Position numbers and translations under genes: made by a program. The notes beneath the pieces are model-generated. The model was not told the origin of the DNA and did no database searches. It was given only the letters and a program-made list of their open reading frames with translations. A stretch of DNA of 64,000 nucleotides from assembly GCF_002113885.1 (NCBI RefSeq), contig NW_018405715.1, positions 169,006-233,005 of the forward strand, written 5' to 3'. Shown here one piece after another: positions 37,198-50,208 of the stretch. How positions within the stretch are numbered: position 1 is the first letter of the stretch; every line of letters begins with the position of its first letter. The DNA comes from Mizuhopecten yessoensis (lineage: Eukaryota).

Positions 37198-37744
37198 GTA
37201 CCGATATAAAAGCTTGTGTTTGTCTATATGGAGAACTGAATTAACGTGAATTGGAATGTAGTATTTGTTTCCTATAGGAGACGAAACGTGTATACACGTC
37301 TGACAGCGATACAGACATAGTTATACAGTTGTTGAAACAAAGAGACAAAATTACAGATCTTAATTTACAGCAACCGATCCCAACTATAAAAGTAAGGGTC
37401 CCACGTCCCAAAATTTCATCACAGCCGTCATAATTATGAGGTAAAACTCAACGCATTTTCCTGGCATATTTGGAAATTCTGTAATTATATATATGTATTC
37501 GGTACTGCGTTTTAATGAGATAAAATAGCTTTGAAGTCAAACTTCATAATTGTAAGATATGCTGACGTTTTCGCAACGTGTTCATTTTAACCCAACACAT
37601 CATATTTGTCGTGCTACAAAGTATTCATTACTGCTACACACATCAATGTCCTTGAGCTAAAATCTGTTCATTTCTACTGTACACACCAGCATATGCTTGC
37701 AACATCCTGTTCTTTATACCCCTTTACATCAATGTATGTGTTCC

Positions 37745-38487
37745 AAAACCTGTTCACTACCGTACCACACAGCAATGTGTAAGTGTAAAATCCTGTTCAC
37801 TACCGCACCACACAGCAATGTGTTAGTGTAAAATCCTGTTCACTACCACACCACACAGCAATGTGTAAGTGTAAAATCCTGTTCACTACCGCACCACACA
37901 GCAATGTGTAAGTGTAAAATCCTGTTTACTACTGCACCACACAGCAATGTGTAAGTGTAAAATCCTGTTCAATACCGTGCTACACAGTAATGTGTAAGTG
38001 TAAAATCCTGCTCACTACCGTACCACACAGCAATGTGTAAGTGTAAAATCCTGTTCACTAATGCACCACACAGCAATGTGTTAGTGTAAAATCTTGTTCA
38101 CTACCGCACCACACAGCAATGTGTTAGTGTAAAATCCTGTTCACTACCGCACCAGACAGCAAATGTGTAAGTGTAAAATCCTGTTCACTACCGTACCACA
38201 CAGCAATGTGTAAGTGTAAAATCATGTTCACTACCGCACCACACAGCAATGTGTAAGTGTAAAATCCTGTTCATAACCGTACCACACAGCAATTTGTTAG
38301 TGTAAAATCATGTTTACTACTGCACCACACAGTAATGTGTAAGAGTAAAATCCTGTTCACTACCACACCACACATCAATGTGTAAGTGTAAAATCATGTT
38401 CACTAACACACCACACAGCTATGTGTAAGTGTAAAATCCTGTTCACTACCGTACCACACAGCAATGTGTAAGTGTAAAATCATGTTC
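37745..38487. repeat. 43-bp minisatellite, about 17 copies
   Basis: Unit aaaatcctgttcactaccgcaccacacagcaatgtgtaagtgt. Confidence 0.95.
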
Positions 38488-38903
38488 CAGTGGGCGATTA
38501 TGGAGAGGCTTCATATTTAAAAATGAAATCGTTATATATTTGAATGAAATGCAAAATATATTCAGAGCATACTATTGAAATGTTTAACAATAGTTGGACA
38601 ATATTGCAAAATGTATGAATACAAAATTTGTACAAACAAACGAATCTTAATAGTTCAAATACATTCTAAACATTAAAGCTGACTTATTTTTTCAATATGA
38701 CCTTAACATATACATGTAAACCGGTTGTACGTGAATTTGGATTATGTTTAACATGGAAACGGAAATGACTTAATTAATATTACTGCGCGATGTTTGACGA
38801 TATGAAACCTCTCCACAGATCCCAAATATTGTGCCTTATTCATACAATGTCATAAATTTACACTTTAACGAACAGTGACTATTATTACTGGTATGTGGTT
38901 GTA

Positions 38904-38990
38904 CTAATCGATAACATACCGTTGTAAAACGGTACAGGATTGTTTCACTAATCGATAACATTCCGTTGTAAAACGGTACACGATTGTTTC
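38904..38990. repeat. Short tandem duplication (about 44 bp, 2 copies)
   Basis: ctaatcgataacat(a/t)ccgttgtaaaacggtaca(g/c)gattgtttc occurs twice. Confidence 0.85.
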
Positions 38991-39959
38991 CGTGCGTATT
39001 GTATATCGATGCATATTTTATATTGATAGTATTAGCTAATGCATACGTACATTATGAGATAAAATTGCTGCACATTTATGTACTTTACACGGAAGAATAT
39101 CAAGTATACAACTGTACAGTAAACTGATTGGATGTTTTTGTTTGTTTGAGACTGGACATGTAATATATACAGTTTTACGTATCAAGAATCAAAAGATAAT
39201 TTCACAATTATTACATAGTTTGTTTACGACATTGATACTGTTTCTGTGGAGTGTGCGCATGCGTTCCGACTGTTTCTGTGGAGTGTGCGTTCCGTCATCT
39301 ATTGTACTATATGTTTACCCTACCGCATACAAGTGTGACGCATTAAAGGTCAGTATTTACTACAGAGTATAAATTATACTTGGTACATATGTTCATTAAA
39401 TTATATTTTGTATATATGTAAATACTTAACACATCTGTATAATATATTGTACACGTGTTTACCCTACCTGCTTCAGGTACAATCATTCCCGACCCAAAGT
39501 TTATTTTTTGGATAATTTCACAGTGTGAAAAATAACCCGATTCATTGGGCATGACGTCACGTGGTGTTTATTTACTAAAGCTGGTAGATTATAATTATAC
39601 TCAATTGACTATATATCTTATTTAATCATTCTTGTATTATCTGCAATATATTAAGTTAGACAATGTACATTGTATCTATAACACTGTATAATAGTATATT
39701 ACAGGTATAACACATACATTGTATAATATACTGTTTACATTGTATATGGTATATTTAATTACATGTATACTGTATATGTATGGTATATCAAAATGTGTAC
39801 ACATTTAATCTGAACAGTGTATATATATAATACTGTTTATATGGAAATCTATACTACAAAAACAGTATCTCATACTGTGTACATATTTAATCTGGACATT
39901 GTATATTATAATGTATACATGGTAAATAATCCTGTAAATATAGTATCTCATACTGTGAA

Positions 39960-42660
39960 CATAGTATATTTTACTTTGTATGTAATATATTATACTTTGT
40001 ATATGATATAATATACTTCGTATAAGATATATTATACTTTGTATATGATATATTATACTTTGTATATGATATATTATACTTTGTATGATATATTATACAT
40101 GTACTTTGTATATGATATATTATACTTTGTATATGATATATTATACTTCGTATATGGTATATGATATATTTTACATTGTATATGATATATCATACTTTGT
40201 ATATGATATTTTATACTTCGTATAAGTTACATTCAAATAGATTCTATTTGAATATAAACATGTACATTTAATTGCTGCAATTAAATGTATATATTCAAAT
40301 AGAATCTATTTGAATGTAACTTATACGAAGTATAAAATATCATATACAAAGTACATGTATAATATATCATATCCAAAGTAAAAAATATCATATTCAAAGT
40401 ATAATATATATCTTACAAAGTATAATATATAATATACAAAGTATAAGTATAATATATCAAGTCGTTACTACAGACGTGATGATAATGCTTTAGTTACAGG
40501 TGTGACTACACTACTGTAACTACAGACGTGATTACTCTGCTCTAACTACAGACGTGATTACATAGTCGTTACTACAGACGTGATAACATTGCTGTAACTA
40601 CAGATGTCATCACATCTGTAGTTACAGCAATGTTATCACGTCTGTAGTTAGAGCAGAGTAATCACGTCTGTAGTTACAGTAGTGTAGTCACACCTGTAAC
40701 TAAAGCATTATCATCACGTCTGTAGTTACAGTAGTGTAGTCACACCTGTAACTAAAGCATTATCATCACGTCTGTAGTTACAGCAATGTTATCACGTCTG
40801 TAGCTACAACAATGTTATCACGTCTGTAGCTACAACAATGTTATCACGTCTGTAGCTACGACAGTGTTATCACGTCTGTAGTTACAGTAGTGTAGTCACA
40901 CCTGTAACTAAAGCATTATCATCACGTCTGTAGTTACAGCAATGTTATCACGTCTGTAGCTACGACAGTGTTATCACGTCTGTAGCTACGACAGTGTTAT
41001 CACGTCTGTAGTTACAGTAGTGTAGTCACACCTGTAACTAAAGCATTATCATCACGTCTGTAGTTACAGCAATGTTATCACGTCTGTAGTAACGACTTGA
41101 TATATTATACTTTGTAAGATATATATTATACTTTGTATACGATATATTATACTTTGTAAGATATATATTATACTTTGTTTATGATATATTTTACTTTGTA
41201 TATGAGATATTTTACTTTGTATATCATATATTATACTTTGAATATGATATTTTTTACTTTGGATATGATATATTATACATGTACTTTGTATATGATATGT
41301 TTTACTTTGTATATGAGATATTTTACTTTGTATATCATATATTATACTTTGTATACGATATATTATACTTTGTAAGATATATATTATACTTTGTATATGA
41401 GATGTTTTACTTTGTATATGAGATATTATACTTCATATATGATATATTATTCTTTGTATATGATATCTTATACTTCGTATATAATATATCATATTCGAAG
41501 TATAATATATTTTATACGAGGTATAATATATCATATTCAAAGTATAATATATGATATACAAAGTAAAATGTATCATATACAAAGCATAATAGATCATATA
41601 CAAAGTAAAATGTATCATATACAAAGCATAATAGATCATATACAAAGTACATGTATAATATATCATATACAAAGTATGATATATCATATACGAAGTATGA
41701 TATATCATATACGAAGTCTAATATATCATATACAATGTAAAATATATCATAAACAAAGTATAATATATGATATACAAAGTAAAACATCTCATATACAAAG
41801 TATGATATATCATATACGAAGTATGATATATCATATACGAAGTCTAATATATCATATACTAAGTATAATATATCATACGAAGTATAATATAATCACTAGG
41901 GGATTACTTCCTTATATTATTGAGTTCTTTAGATTTCATTATGTGTCACTGTATAACGTTGATTACATGCCTTTGTGTGTATTATCATCACATGATTACA
42001 TACTGTGTGCCTCTGTGTCTTTGTGTTTGTGGTTTTGTTTGTTTTATACATATGTATAAAACAAACAAAACCACAAACACAAAGACACTTTGTATATGAT
42101 ATCTTATACTTCGTATATAATATATCATATATGAAGTATAATATCTCATATACAAAGTATGATATATCATATACAAAGTGTCTTTGTGTTTGTGGTTTTG
42201 TTTGTTTTATACATATGTATAAAACAAACAAAACCACAAACACAAAGACACAGAGGCACACAGTATGTAATCATAATACACAAGATATATTATACTTCTT
42301 ATATGATATATTATGCTTTGTATATGATACATTTTACTTTGTATATCATATATTATACTTTGTATACGATATATTATACTTCTTATATGATATATTATTC
42401 TTTGTATATGATATTTTATACTTCGTATAAGATACATTATACTTCGTATAAGATACATTATACTTCGTATAAAATATATTATACTTCGGATACGATATAT
42501 TATACTTTGTATGATATATTTTACTTTGTTTATGATATATTTTACTTTGTATATGAGATATTATACTTCGTATATGATATATTATACTTTGTATATGATA
42601 TATTATACTTCGTATATGATATATTATGCTTTGTATGTTCTATGTTTGATGTATTATACT
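39960..42660. repeat. 21-bp AT-rich satellite in alternating orientations with inserted foreign blocks (fold-back complex)
   Basis: Unit atattatactttgtatatgat switches strand at about 40275, across 40455-41100, at about 41485 and within about 42050-42280. Confidence 0.92.
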
Positions 42661-44041
42661 GTGTAAGTGGTATGCTACACTGTACGCATGGTTTGTTATA
42701 CTGTGTACATGCAAATTTATATTGTGTTAATTTTGTATACTATGAACGTGTGAAGACTACACTATGTACAATATCTGTTCCTGGTTATCACTTATAATGT
42801 AAATAGTTACTACGTGTATAAATGATAACGCACTTTTTTCAGCTCCTGTTCATTTGAATATGTTATTTACATAATATTGATATATTGATACAAAGTACAT
42901 GTTTGTTTATACCGGAAGTACGCTATACATGGTACCAGTACCCCCAGTAAAGTATATGTAATATTAACAATAATGTATACCTGTGTTTGTACGGAATGTA
43001 GTGAACAGTTTGTACAGGTATTATATACCTATATGTATGGGAGATACGTTATATATGTTCCTCACGACTGTCTGTAGAAAGGCCAGGTGGTATACTAGAA
43101 ATCAAGCAATACAAGACTTTGCCAAAATTGTGGTTTGAAATTTATAGTAAATATAGCGAAGTAATAAACGGTTGTATACATACGAACTTGTTTGTCTTTA
43201 TTGTAATATATCAACAGTAACGTTATCTAAAATACATCTTTTCGGGTTAACAAATTCAGAATATACAATCTTTCTCAAACAGAAATATATGTAAGTCTTT
43301 ACAATAAATCTCCACAATGTGTGCGACAAAATTACATTATAATACACATTTTCTTGTGAACATTTTTATCTTTTTAATAAAATTTCATATTAGCCGCACA
43401 TACTTATCTTCACTTATAAAAAACGCATGGAAATCGCCAAAGCACACGGGAATCGAAACATGTATTCATCGAATTTGTAACCCAAACTCCACGACATTAA
43501 TGCAGCATGCTAACGTTAATAATCTCTAAACCATCGATTCCTCAATTATAAAACACGCAACCTAAGGTTAACCTCCAAACCTTAGACATCTAATTACGTG
43601 TAAATGTGTAATACAATATATAAAGGTCCAGCTCAAGCAACTCATAAACAAGCAAACCGTTTTGCGTCTGAAAATATCTAAACTGTTATAGGATCAAAGA
43701 TCACCTTCTAGATGTAAGGGTGGTATGTAAACTCGATTCTATGGTAACAAAAGTTCGGCTGTACCGAGTTAATCTCCAAACAAAAGTCTGCTTAGTCAAA
43801 AAGTCAAGTAATCTTTATTAAATTATATGGTACAACATTTAAACACGGGCTTTCTAAGGCTTTTATAACCGACGTATTATAACCGATAATGATAAAACAA
43901 TTGACCAATCACATCACATAAGGCCCCGTACAAACATATTTAATTAACTGAAATTATTAAAATATAATAAGTTATCTGATAATTGATATTGACCAAATAA
44001 TTTATTGTATGAAATGAATGACATTTAAAACAATATATATC

Positions 44042-44252
44042 GGGATGACGTGGCCAAGTGGTTAAGGCGTCTGTTATTCTGCTACCACTAGTCCTCCACC
44101 ACTGGGTCGTGGGATCGAGACCTACGTGGGGCAGTCGCCATGTACTGGCCATATGTCGGTGGGGTTTTTCTCCGGGAACTCTGGCTTTCCTCCACCAAAA
44201 CCTGGCGCGTCCTTAAATTACATTTACTGTTAATAGGGCGAACCAAATCAAA
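44042..44252 (+). mobile_element. tRNA-derived SINE with V-domain-like core
   Basis: A-box gtggccaagtggttaaggcg and B-box-like gggatcgagacc. Core ggtttttctccgggaactctggctttcctccacca resembles the V-SINE conserved domain. A-rich tail. Confidence 0.8.
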
Positions 44253-47200
44253 CATAACTAAAGCAATTGAAGACATGATCAGGTAATGAGATGGTACACT
44301 GTTACGTCTGTTTGTGGGTACCATGGTTACTGAATGAATGTCAGTGTAGACCGTTTATACATATGTATAACACAAACAAAACCACAAACACAAAGACACA
44401 GAGGCACACAGTATGTAATCATAATACACACAAAGGCATATAATCAACGTTATACAGTGACACATAATGAAATCTAAAGAACCCAATAATATAAGGAAGT
44501 AATCCCCTAGTGATGTAGATAGGCGGAGTAATGTCGTATACCGTACATGTCAGACTTTGGGTTGTACTGGTTCTGCCGAGCAGAGCCTACAGAATGGATA
44601 CTGTGTTTCTTACAGTAGGGTTATTTCCATCACTCTCATTCAGAAACGCTTTTTCTTGTCGTAGGTTTTTACAACAGAAATGGTGTTTCCATGGGCCGAC
44701 GGATAAGTTACGTCATAACTAACCACATCCTTGTTGTGATGTACATGTACTCTTCTGATAAAATATACTTATCACATATTTCTTTTTTCGGAATTCAATA
44801 TCAAAAAGCGCAAAAGAAGGCTGATTATTGTTTGTGAAGCGGTCGAAACAAAAATTCCAACGGGTATAACGTGAATATATAGCAATAAAATTTTGGAATT
44901 TTCAACAAAAAAAGGCGTTATAATGTCCGCACACAGTGGATTAGGATCAACCTTATATACACAATTAAAGACATTCATGGAATACAATCAACATTACAAT
45001 ACTAAAAGGTAAATAGAATAAAATTAAATTTCTAGTGTAAAGAGGTTTATATGGTCATATGAGTCTGCAGAACAAAATAGAATAACAAGTTAATTTACGT
45101 AAAGTTAGATAGCAGTTTATCTCGTCAGGACAGATTAGATAACAACCGTTTAAATCTGTTTATGGGTAGTGTACCTGTGGATTACTTATGAATAAAGTAA
45201 TTTATATTTTAAAACACACATAAATATTTATTATAACGAATAATAAAGAATCCGAAAGAGCACTGTTAGGATATGTTAATCTGCGGTAGATATAGTCATG
45301 TAAAATACTTGTTAATTTTAATGTTACACGGGTCTGAATTACCTGGAAATCGATCGAGAAACTCACACCACAAAATAAGCTCATAAATTTTCCTGAAGGT
45401 TTACAGACATTAAATATTACGTAAGGCCTCGTTTGTGTTCGGATTATCAGTTTGATGTGTCAATAACAAGGCTTTTTTGTGTTGCGTAAAAGTCAAGGCG
45501 GGTCGACCTAATAGTCCAGACGGCCATTAAATGGCATTTGTTGTTAGTTGTGCGTGGTGATTGAATTGTTAGAAACAGTATAGTACAGTAAACAACGGTT
45601 ACGACTCCATATTGGCGTGGATTAACATACGAATTACTCTCCATACGAATTTAAGGTAAGGGATTTTTATGTTTTCACCTTTGCATACATATTTTGGCAG
45701 GAAGTTTATAAATCATTTTAATCAAACTGCATGCCAATATAATGGTATACAATGTTCCCGAGGAGGACGCCGCATGGTGAAAATTAGTAAAATATAAGTA
45801 CATACGTACCAATGTTCCGTGTATGACTAGCAACAGGCACGAGACACCGGACAAACCATTGTTTAAACTCGCTTCCTACCAATAGCAACAGTTGCCAAAG
45901 AGACGCAGCTCGACAATTAAATTCAAACTATGCAAACATAATGATTTGTTTTACAGATTAATTTGGTAAGACTTATCATATTGGGTAATTTCAAAAAAAG
46001 AATTGAACGATTTCAACCGCAATTAACTGAAGTGCAATAACAAAATGCGTCTTTGTTATACTGAAGTTCTCGTGTGTGGGTTTTTTTCCTTCATTTTTTT
46101 CAAAAGCTCAAGCATTTTGGAAATAGGGACAAGATTCATCACATGTTCAATTACACGATTTCAATTATTCATTTGACAAATGAATGTATCGGAGCGCTAT
46201 CATCTGTTACAGCTAATTGTTCAGATTTAAGGTGGCGGTTCTACGTCAGTGCTGGTAGTAGTGACGGCCAGGCCAGCAGCAAAGCATGCCAGGTCCCTCA
46301 AAGTCGAGCCCAATCCATCTCGTGGGAGGAGTCTCCCTCTAACCCTACCGTTGGTCCACACAATCCATTCGTTTTCATTAATAATAAAATGCATTTGTGA
46401 AAATAAAATTACAAGTGCTGAAATTCACAGGAAGTTGGAATTTCTTTTAACATTAAAACCAGTCAGTGTTGACATTTTCCAATTAAGGCACCGTGCCAGT
46501 TCGTTGAAAAGACGGACTTGGAGTACTGGTAGGGTTCTCGCTGAGAATGTGTCCTTTAACAGAGATAGTATCGCTTCATAATGCCTTCAACGTCCCCGTT
46601 ATATTCCTTCTGCATGAGTCTACTGCTTTCTCCTTGTATAAGAAGCCGTTCTCGTTATTATGACATTTCCTTCTCCAGGAAGGACTATCGGCGGGAGGTA
46701 CCTCCAGCTCTCTATCTCTCGACACATCCACGTAACTATTAAATATTCTTTAGAGTTTAATCACTGTCAATTTCTACAAAATGAAAATGGCTATAGGCGA
46801 AAGTTTGGTCAGAGCTTGACGTATTTTCAAAAGGTTTAAAAAACAATCTATCTAGTCGACAGTATGCTATATTGATGATAGGTTGGGTCGCCCCTGGGAG
46901 CATAGCCTGTGAGCACCAACTGTCTGCTAGCCACTACGAGGAATTAAAAAGTTTTCTTGTTTTAAAAATTGGTGGCACCTGCGTGTCTATACGGCAGATC
47001 TCCATTCAGCGATATAGAAGTTGTTTCCAAATGTCCTTACATATAGCCAGCATAGGATGATATTTCTACACCCACCTCTAGTGTGCAGTACACACTCACA
47101 TACGCACCTTACGCCCAAATCCCGCTGCTTCTGACAAATTACCCAGTCGTGTCTACACACGAAACCTTGCTCGTCCTTTAATTAAATATCAGAACTTAAA

Positions 47201-47351
47201 CAAAAACAGAACACGTGTACAAAAGAATCTTAAACATTCAAGTTGATGCAAGCCATGCACGTTCCATTCACGCTGAGCAGGTGAGGAGTGTGAAAGAAAG
47301 CATTTCATAGATCAGCCAAATAAACTCGTTTCACTGATTAATGAATCGCAG

Positions 47352-50208
47352 TAATCACGTCTGTAGTCACAGCATTTTCATCACGTCTGTAGTTACTGCA
47401 TTGTCATCACGTCTGTAGTTACTGCATTGTCATCACATCTGTAGTTACAGCATTGTCATCACATCTGTAGTTACAGCATTGTCATAACATCTGAAGTTGC
47501 AGCAGTGTTATCACGTCTGTAGTTACAGCAATGTTATCACGTCTGTAGTTACAGCAGTGTAATCAGTAGTTACGATAGTGTAATCACGTCTGTAGCTACG
47601 ACAGTGTAATCACGTCTGTAGTTACAGCAGAGTAATCTAGTATGTAGTTACAGCAGTGTCATCACGTCTGTAGTTACGACAGTGTAATCACGTCTGTAGC
47701 TACGACAGTGTAATCACGTCTGTAGTTGCAGCAGTGTAATCACTTCTGTAGTTAAGATAGTGTAATCACGTCTGTAGCTACGACAGTGTAATCACGTCTG
47801 TAGCTACGACAGTGTAATCACGTCTATAGTTACGACAGTGTAATCACGTCTGTAGTTACAACAGTGTTATCACGTCTGTAGTTGCAGCAGTGTAATCACG
47901 TCTGTAGTTACGATAGTGTAATCACGTCTGTAGCTACGACAGTGTAATCACGTCTGTAGCTACGATAGTGTAATCACGTCTATAGTTACGACAGTGTAAT
48001 CACGTCTGTAGTTGCAGCAGTGTAATCACGTCTGTAGTTACGATAGTGTAATCACGTCTGTAGCTACGACAGTGTAATCACGTCTGTTGCTACGACAGTG
48101 TTATCACGTCTGAAGCTGAAGCTACGACAATGTAATCACGTCTGTAGCTACGACAATGTAATCACGTCTGTAGTTACAGCATTGCCATCACGTCAGTAGT
48201 TACAGTAGTGTAGTCACATCTGTGGTTACCTCATTGTCATCACGTCTATAGGTACAGCATTGTCATCACGTCCGTAGTTACAGCAGTGTAATCACGTATG
48301 TAGCTACGATAGTGTAATCACGTCTGTAGTTACGACAGTGTAATCACGTCTGTAGTTACAGCATTGCCATCACGTCAGTAGTTACAGTAATGTAGTCACA
48401 CATGTGGTTACATCATTGTCATCACGTCTGTAGTTACAGCATTGTCATCACGTCCGTAGTTACAGCAGTGTAATCACGTCTGTAGCTACGATAGTGTAAT
48501 CACGTCTGTAGTTACGACAGTGTAATCACGTCTGTAGTTACGACAGTGTAATCACGTCTGTAGTTACGACAGTGTAATCACGTCTGTAGTTACGACAGTG
48601 TAATCACGTCTGTAGTTACGACAGTGTAATCACGTCTGTAGTTACGACAGTGTAATCACGTCTGTAGTTACGACAGTGTAATCACGTCTGTAGTTACGAC
48701 AGTGTAATCACGTCTGTAGCTACGACAATGTCATCACGTCTGTAGTTACAGCAGTGTAATCACGTCTGTAGCTACGACAATGTAATCACGTCTGTAACTA
48801 CGACAATATTATCACGTCTGTAGCTACGAAAGTGTAATCACGTCTGTAGCTACGACAATGTAATCACGTCTGTACACATTTAGTTACAGCATTGCCATCA
48901 CGTCTGTAGTTACAGTAGTGTAGTCACACCTGTAGCTACAGCATTGTCATCACGTCTGTAGTTACAGCATTGTCATCACGTCTGTAGTTGCAGCAGTGTA
49001 ATCACGTCTGTAGCTACGACAATGTAATCACGTCTGTAACTACGACAATATTATCACGTCTGTAGCTACGAAAGTGTAATCACGTCTGTAGCTACGACAA
49101 TGTAATCACGTCTGTACACATTTAGTTACAGCATTGCCATCACGTCTGTAGTTACAGTAGTGTAGTCACACCTGTAGCTACAGCATTGTCATCACGTCTG
49201 TAGTTACAGCATTGTCATCACGTCTGTAGTTGCAGCAGTGTAATCACGTCTGTAGCTACGACAATGTAATCACGTCTGTTGCTACGACAGTGTTATCACG
49301 TCTGAAGCTGAAGCTACGACAATGTAATCACGTCTGTAGCTACGACAATGTAATCACGTCTGTAGTTACAGCATTGCCATCACGTCAGTAGTTACAGTAG
49401 TGTAGTCACATCTGTGGTTACCTCATTGTCATCACGTCTATAGGTACAGCATTGTCATCACGTCCGTAGTTACAGCAGTGTAATCACGTATGTAGCTACG
49501 ATAGTGTAATCACGTCTGTAGTTACGACAGTGTAATCACGTCTGTAGTTACAGCATTGCCATCACGTCAGTAGTTACAGTAATGTAGTCACACATGTGGT
49601 TACATCATTGTCATCACGTCTGTAGTTACAGCATTGTCATTACGTCTGTAGTTACGACAGTGTCATCACGTCTGTAGTTACGACAATGTAAATACGTCTG
49701 TAGTTACGGCAGTGTAATCACGTCTGTAGTTACGACAGTGTTATCACGTCTGTAGTTGCAGCAGTGTCATCACGTATGTAGTTACAGCAGTGTAATCACG
49801 TCTGTAGCTACGATAGGGTAATCACGTCTGTAGTTACGACAGTGTAATCACGTCTGTAGATGCAGCAGTGTAATCACGTCTGTAGTTACGACAGTGTAAT
49901 CACGTCTATAGTTACGACAGTGTAATCACGTCTGTAGCTACGACAGTGTAATCACGTCTGTAGCTACGACAATGTAATCACGTCTGTAGCTACAATGTAC
50001 GACAGTGTAATCACGTCTGTAGCTACAATGTACGACAGTGTAATCACGTCTGTAGTTACGACAGTGTAATCACGTCTGTAGTTACGACAGTGTAATCACG
50101 TCTGTAGCTACGACAGTGCAATCACGTCTGTAGCTACGACAGTGTAATCACGTCTGTAGCTACAATGTACGACAGTGTTATCATGTCTGTAGCTACGACA
50201 ATGTTATC
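47352..50208. repeat. 26-bp satellite (about 105 units) with higher-order block duplications
   Basis: Unit aatcacgtctgtagttacgacagtgt. Rare variant blocks (tgaagctgaagctac, tgtacacatttag) each recur twice. Confidence 0.97.

Noticed and set aside
41175-42797. Cluster of Tyr/Ile-rich ORFs
   Set aside because: Products of the 21-bp AT-rich satellite and its inversions.
44042-44130. tRNA gene
   Set aside because: A and B boxes are present, but I could not fold a clean cloverleaf, and the sequence continues into a SINE core and tail.
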